Below are positions 60,912 to 64,000 of a stretch of DNA of 64,000 bases, piece after piece (the first letter of the stretch is position 1; every line of letters begins with the position of its first letter). Origin of the DNA: Nitrosopumilus sp. Lineage in GTDB: Archaea; Thermoproteota; Nitrososphaeria; Nitrososphaerales; Nitrosopumilaceae. The DNA is taken from NCBI GenBank assembly GCA_965219345.1, contig OZ244732.1, positions 288,001 through 352,000 on the forward strand, read 5' to 3'. The notes below the pieces were generated by a model. It was not told where the DNA came from. It saw only the letters and a list, made by a program, of their open reading frames with translations, and made no database searches. The position numbers were made by a program, and so were the translations under genes.

Positions 60912-61754
60912 ATGAAAAAGACAGTAATTGGAATTACAGTAGTTGGGAAAGACAGAGAAGGAATTGTAGCTGCATTTACAAATTTTGCATTTTCAAAAAG
61001 TGGAAACATTGAGAAAGTAAACCAAAATGTAATCAAAGGTCTTTTTGGAATGTATCTGGAAGTATCCTTTTTAAAAACAGTTAACGTAAAGAGATTTGAT
61101 GCTGAGATACAAAGTTTAGCTAAAAAAGAAAAGATGGATGTAAGTACACATCATGAAACAAATTCACAGAAAAATATTGCAGTATTTGTAACTAAAGAGA
61201 CACCTTGCCTTAAAACAATTCTTGGTAATGCAAAATCACTCAAAGGAAAAATTTCAGTAATAGTTGGTACAGAAAAGACACTTGCGCCATTAGCAAAGAA
61301 GGCAAAGATTCCATTTATGGTAATACAAGAGAGGGATCAACAAAAGGCAGAAGAAAAAATTATTGAAATTTGCAAAAAATATGAGATCGATTTGATTTCA
61401 CTTGCAAGATACATGAGAATTCTTAGCCCTAACTTTGTTTGGAGATATCCAAACAGAATAATCAATATTCATCCAGCATTATTACCTGCATTCCGAGGAG
61501 CACTGGCATATGAACAAGCTTACGAAAGAGGTACAAAAATTGTTGGGGTAACTGCTCATTATGTCACAGAAAACTTAGACCAAGGACCAATTATATTCCA
61601 AGATTCGTTCAAAGTGGATCCAAATGATTCGTTAGAAAAAATCAAGGCAAAAGGACAAAGATTAGAAGCAGATACATTGCTTAAGGCAATGAAGATGCAT
61701 CTGGAAAACAAACTAGAAGTTCGTTGGAGAAAGGTTCACATCAAATCTAAGTGA
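60912..61754 (+). CDS. purU: Formyltetrahydrofolate deformylase
   Basis: ACT domain GKDREGIVA, LARYMRIL, INIHP..LP, LDQGPII; ATG at 60912 preferred. Confidence 0.9.
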   Translation: MKKTVIGITVVGKDREGIVAAFTNFAFSKSGNIEKVNQNVIKGLFGMYLEVSFLKTVNVKRFDAEIQSLAKKEKMDVSTHHETNSQKNIAVFVTKETPCLKTILGNAKSLKGKISVIVGTEKTLAPLAKKAKIPFMVIQERDQQKAEEKIIEICKKYEIDLISLARYMRILSPNFVWRYPNRIINIHPALLPAFRGALAYEQAYERGTKIVGVTAHYVTENLDQGPIIFQDSFKVDPNDSLEKIKAKGQRLEADTLLKAMKMHLENKLEVRWRKVHIKSK

Positions 61755-61759
61755 ATTAA

Positions 61760-62482
61760 ATGGTAGATATTCAAGCCCAATTTGATCCTAATCTTAGAAA
61801 ATCAATTAAAAAGAAAAAACAAGTGGCAGTAATTCCAATTGGTTCAATAGAACAACATGGTCCACATTTGCCCATATCAACTGATTCAGATATTATAACT
61901 GAAGTAGCAAAAAGACTATCTGAGACGAATGGATTTCTTCTCCTTCCTACACTTACCTATGGAGTTTCGTTTGAGCACGCACCATTTTTTAATTTGAGTA
62001 TCAAAGAATCAACCTTACGTGCTATTCTAACTGATTTGTGCTCGTCACTTTTAGCAAATAACATCAAAACAGTTTTCATAATTAATGGACATCATGGAAA
62101 TCTAAAATCAATCAAAAATATCGATCTGAAACTCCAAAAACTCTCAAAAAACAAGCTCAAAGTGTTTCCATTATCATATTGGCATTTTATGAACAGAGAA
62201 TTTGATCATGCAGGATTTGTAGAGACATCACTAATGTTGGCAATTTCAAAAAATGTCAAAATGAAATCAGCAAAAAAAGGATTAATCACTGATGGAATGA
62301 CAAAACAAGAAATCAAAACACTTGGAAAACTAGCTAATCAATCATTTCCTAAAGCTACCAAAAACGGAATTTGGGGAGATCCTACAAAGGCTACAAAAAA
62401 GGATGGGCAGGTAATTTTAGCTGAAATCCTTAAAAATCTGGGAAGAAAGTGTCAAACTTGCCTTACTGAGCGAAGCTCATAG
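61760..62482 (+). CDS. Creatininase/ArfB-family amidohydrolase
   Basis: GSIEQHGPHLP..D, NGHHGN, DHAGFVETS. Confidence 0.88.
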   Translation: MVDIQAQFDPNLRKSIKKKKQVAVIPIGSIEQHGPHLPISTDSDIITEVAKRLSETNGFLLLPTLTYGVSFEHAPFFNLSIKESTLRAILTDLCSSLLANNIKTVFIINGHHGNLKSIKNIDLKLQKLSKNKLKVFPLSYWHFMNREFDHAGFVETSLMLAISKNVKMKSAKKGLITDGMTKQEIKTLGKLANQSFPKATKNGIWGDPTKATKKDGQVILAEILKNLGRKCQTCLTERSS

Positions 62483-62539
62483 TTTCACCAATGAATGTTT
62501 AATATAATCCCTCAATATCAAAGCCAATAAGTGAAATAG

Positions 62540-62776
62540 ATGTCCGTTGATATGGCAGTAAAAGTATTGGATGAGAGTATCAATCAAGTTGTACTGATAA
62601 AACTCAAAGGAAGTAAGACAATTAGAGGTAATCTGCTTGGTTTTGACCAACACATGAACCTGCTACTCGACTCTTCAGAGGAGATCCCTGCTGAAGGCGA
62701 TTCTAAAGGCCTTGGTACCATTGTAGTAAGAGGAGACAATGTAGTTATGATATCTCCCCCACCGCCAGAGAAATAG
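62540..62776 (+). CDS. Sm-like (LSm) RNA-binding protein
   Basis: [14 protein letters not shown]. Confidence 0.94.
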   Translation: MSVDMAVKVLDESINQVVLIKLKGSKTIRGNLLGFDQHMNLLLDSSEEIPAEGDSKGLGTIVVRGDNVVMISPPPPEK

Positions 62777-62786
62777 GTGATTTGAG

Positions 62787-62954
62787 ATGGTTAAAGGTAC
62801 AACTTCGATGGGTGGTTTTACAAAGAAAAAAGTTCACATCAGATGCAGAAGATGTGGTAAAAACTCGCTTCATAAACGTCACCACCAATGTGCAAGTTGT
62901 GGATTCCCAGAGGCTAAACGCAGAAAGTATTCCTGGATTAAATGGTATACATAG
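62787..62954 (+). CDS. rpl37e: 50S ribosomal protein L37e
   Basis: [24 protein letters not shown]; missed by the ORF track (overlapping 62782 ORF is a shadow). Confidence 0.95.
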
Positions 62955-63914
62955 ATGCAAGAAATTGTCCTTATTCTTAGTTCATTAGCTGGAGTAGCTA
63001 CAGCCGTTGCTGCACGAAAAATGCCAAGAGGTAAAAATCAATTACTCAGCCTTGGAGCTAGTTCACATATTAGAAGCCAAATTAATTCCCTAAAAATTGA
63101 AAAAGACATTCTAACTAAAACAATTACAAGACTGTACCAAGCAGACTCTGAATTTTCTAAAATTCAAAAGGATAAACTGTTACTAAGATATCAACATCAA
63201 CTAGGAATTGTTTTAGCTAAACTAGAAAAACTTGAGCAAGCAAGTGAACATCCAGATTTGGGTCCAGTAGGTGATGGTTTGATTACCTTGATGGATCAAA
63301 AATTATCAAAACTAGATGATAGATTATATGAGATATCATCAAAGATGGCAAATACAAAAACTGAAACATCAAAGACAAAAGAATCAGGAGTAAAAAATCA
63401 AGAATCAAAACCATTCAACTTTGAAAAACCAAAAGAAACAAAGATGGAATCAATTTCAATTCCTCCAACAAAATCAGGACAGTCATTTGAATTAACTACT
63501 TTGACAAATATTTCTAAAAAGGAATCAAAATTCCCATTATTGATTGATGTAGAATCAAAACAAGAGATTGTAAATCCAATGCCACAACCAAAGGTAATTC
63601 AGTCTGAAATAACTAAACCAAAAGAAGAGATTGTACAAAAAATTATTCAACCAAAAACAAAAGTTGAAGGTAAAATTGAGACTATTCAGTCATTTACACC
63701 AAAACCAGAACCAGTATTAGAAACCAAGCCTGACATTGACAAAGAAGTTGCAAAGATTACAGAACACAAAGCACTTCCAGAACCAGAATTAGAACAAAAA
63801 TCAGGACCAATAGCATTAGATGATGACTTTGATGATGATGCAGATGATTTAGATAAAATTAAAGAAAACATTATGAAAGTTATGTCAAAGCTTGATCAGG
63901 CAGAGGTGGAATAA
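62955..63914 (+). CDS. Membrane-anchored coiled-coil hypothetical protein
   Basis: N-terminal hydrophobic anchor, coiled coil, P/E/K-rich linker, C-terminal LDQAEVE. Confidence 0.75.
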   Translation: MQEIVLILSSLAGVATAVAARKMPRGKNQLLSLGASSHIRSQINSLKIEKDILTKTITRLYQADSEFSKIQKDKLLLRYQHQLGIVLAKLEKLEQASEHPDLGPVGDGLITLMDQKLSKLDDRLYEISSKMANTKTETSKTKESGVKNQESKPFNFEKPKETKMESISIPPTKSGQSFELTTLTNISKKESKFPLLIDVESKQEIVNPMPQPKVIQSEITKPKEEIVQKIIQPKTKVEGKIETIQSFTPKPEPVLETKPDIDKEVAKITEHKALPEPELEQKSGPIALDDDFDDDADDLDKIKENIMKVMSKLDQAEVE

Positions 63915-64000
63915 TTGTCCTATGATAGTGCCATTTCGGCATTATCAAATAATGCACTAAAACTTGTTAAGGATGATTACGTTGTTGGGTTGGGCAGTGG
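63915..64000 (+). CDS. rpiA: Ribose-5-phosphate isomerase A (partial, runs off window)
   Basis: TTG..ALKLVKDDYVVGLGS(G) N-terminal motif. Confidence 0.7.
   Translation, partial: MSYDSAISALSNNALKLVKDDYVVGLGS

Overview
This window is a low-GC archaeal chromosome segment. Gene content and order point to an ammonia-oxidising Nitrosopumilaceae (Nitrososphaerota/Thaumarchaeota). Core blocks are argH, sdhACDB, prpB-like lyase, Alba, ilvE, GINS-MCM-Hel308-AglH, RFC-S, TFB, two ferredoxins, aIF6, hisS, archease, trxA, infB-ndk-rpl24e-rps28e-rpl7ae, glmM, purU, Sm, rpl37e and rpiA, plus five normal tRNAs (Asp, Lys, Ala, Ser, Leu). Three accessory zones stand out. (1) A decayed island at tRNA-Asp (about 3.06-5.85 kb) carries an intact kinase-deaminase anti-viral dCTP deaminase, a 36-aa downstream ORF, and an integrase fused to an IS6 transposase tail. 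(2) A defence-like and decaying zone (about 31-40.4 kb) holds an Mrr-type plus PD-(D/E)XK nuclease pair, a P-loop kinase-nucleoside deoxyribosyltransferase-like fusion with a YwgA/SocA-like partner, and a Cas4-like nuclease. (3) A nested IS6 structure (41.96-46.19 kb) has five ends and carries a GC-rich surface-protein gene with a C11 tract in its promoter, an MTase-HNH remnant and an odd tRNA-like gene. Other signals are two CRISPR-unit-sized repeat-spacer-repeat insertions inside ordinary genes, a GATC cluster at the GINS/MCM-RFC promoter, a HemA paralog lacking its catalytic Cys, and several coding tandem repeats. No CRISPR array or rRNA was found. All family calls come from motif recognition by eye, not from database searches.
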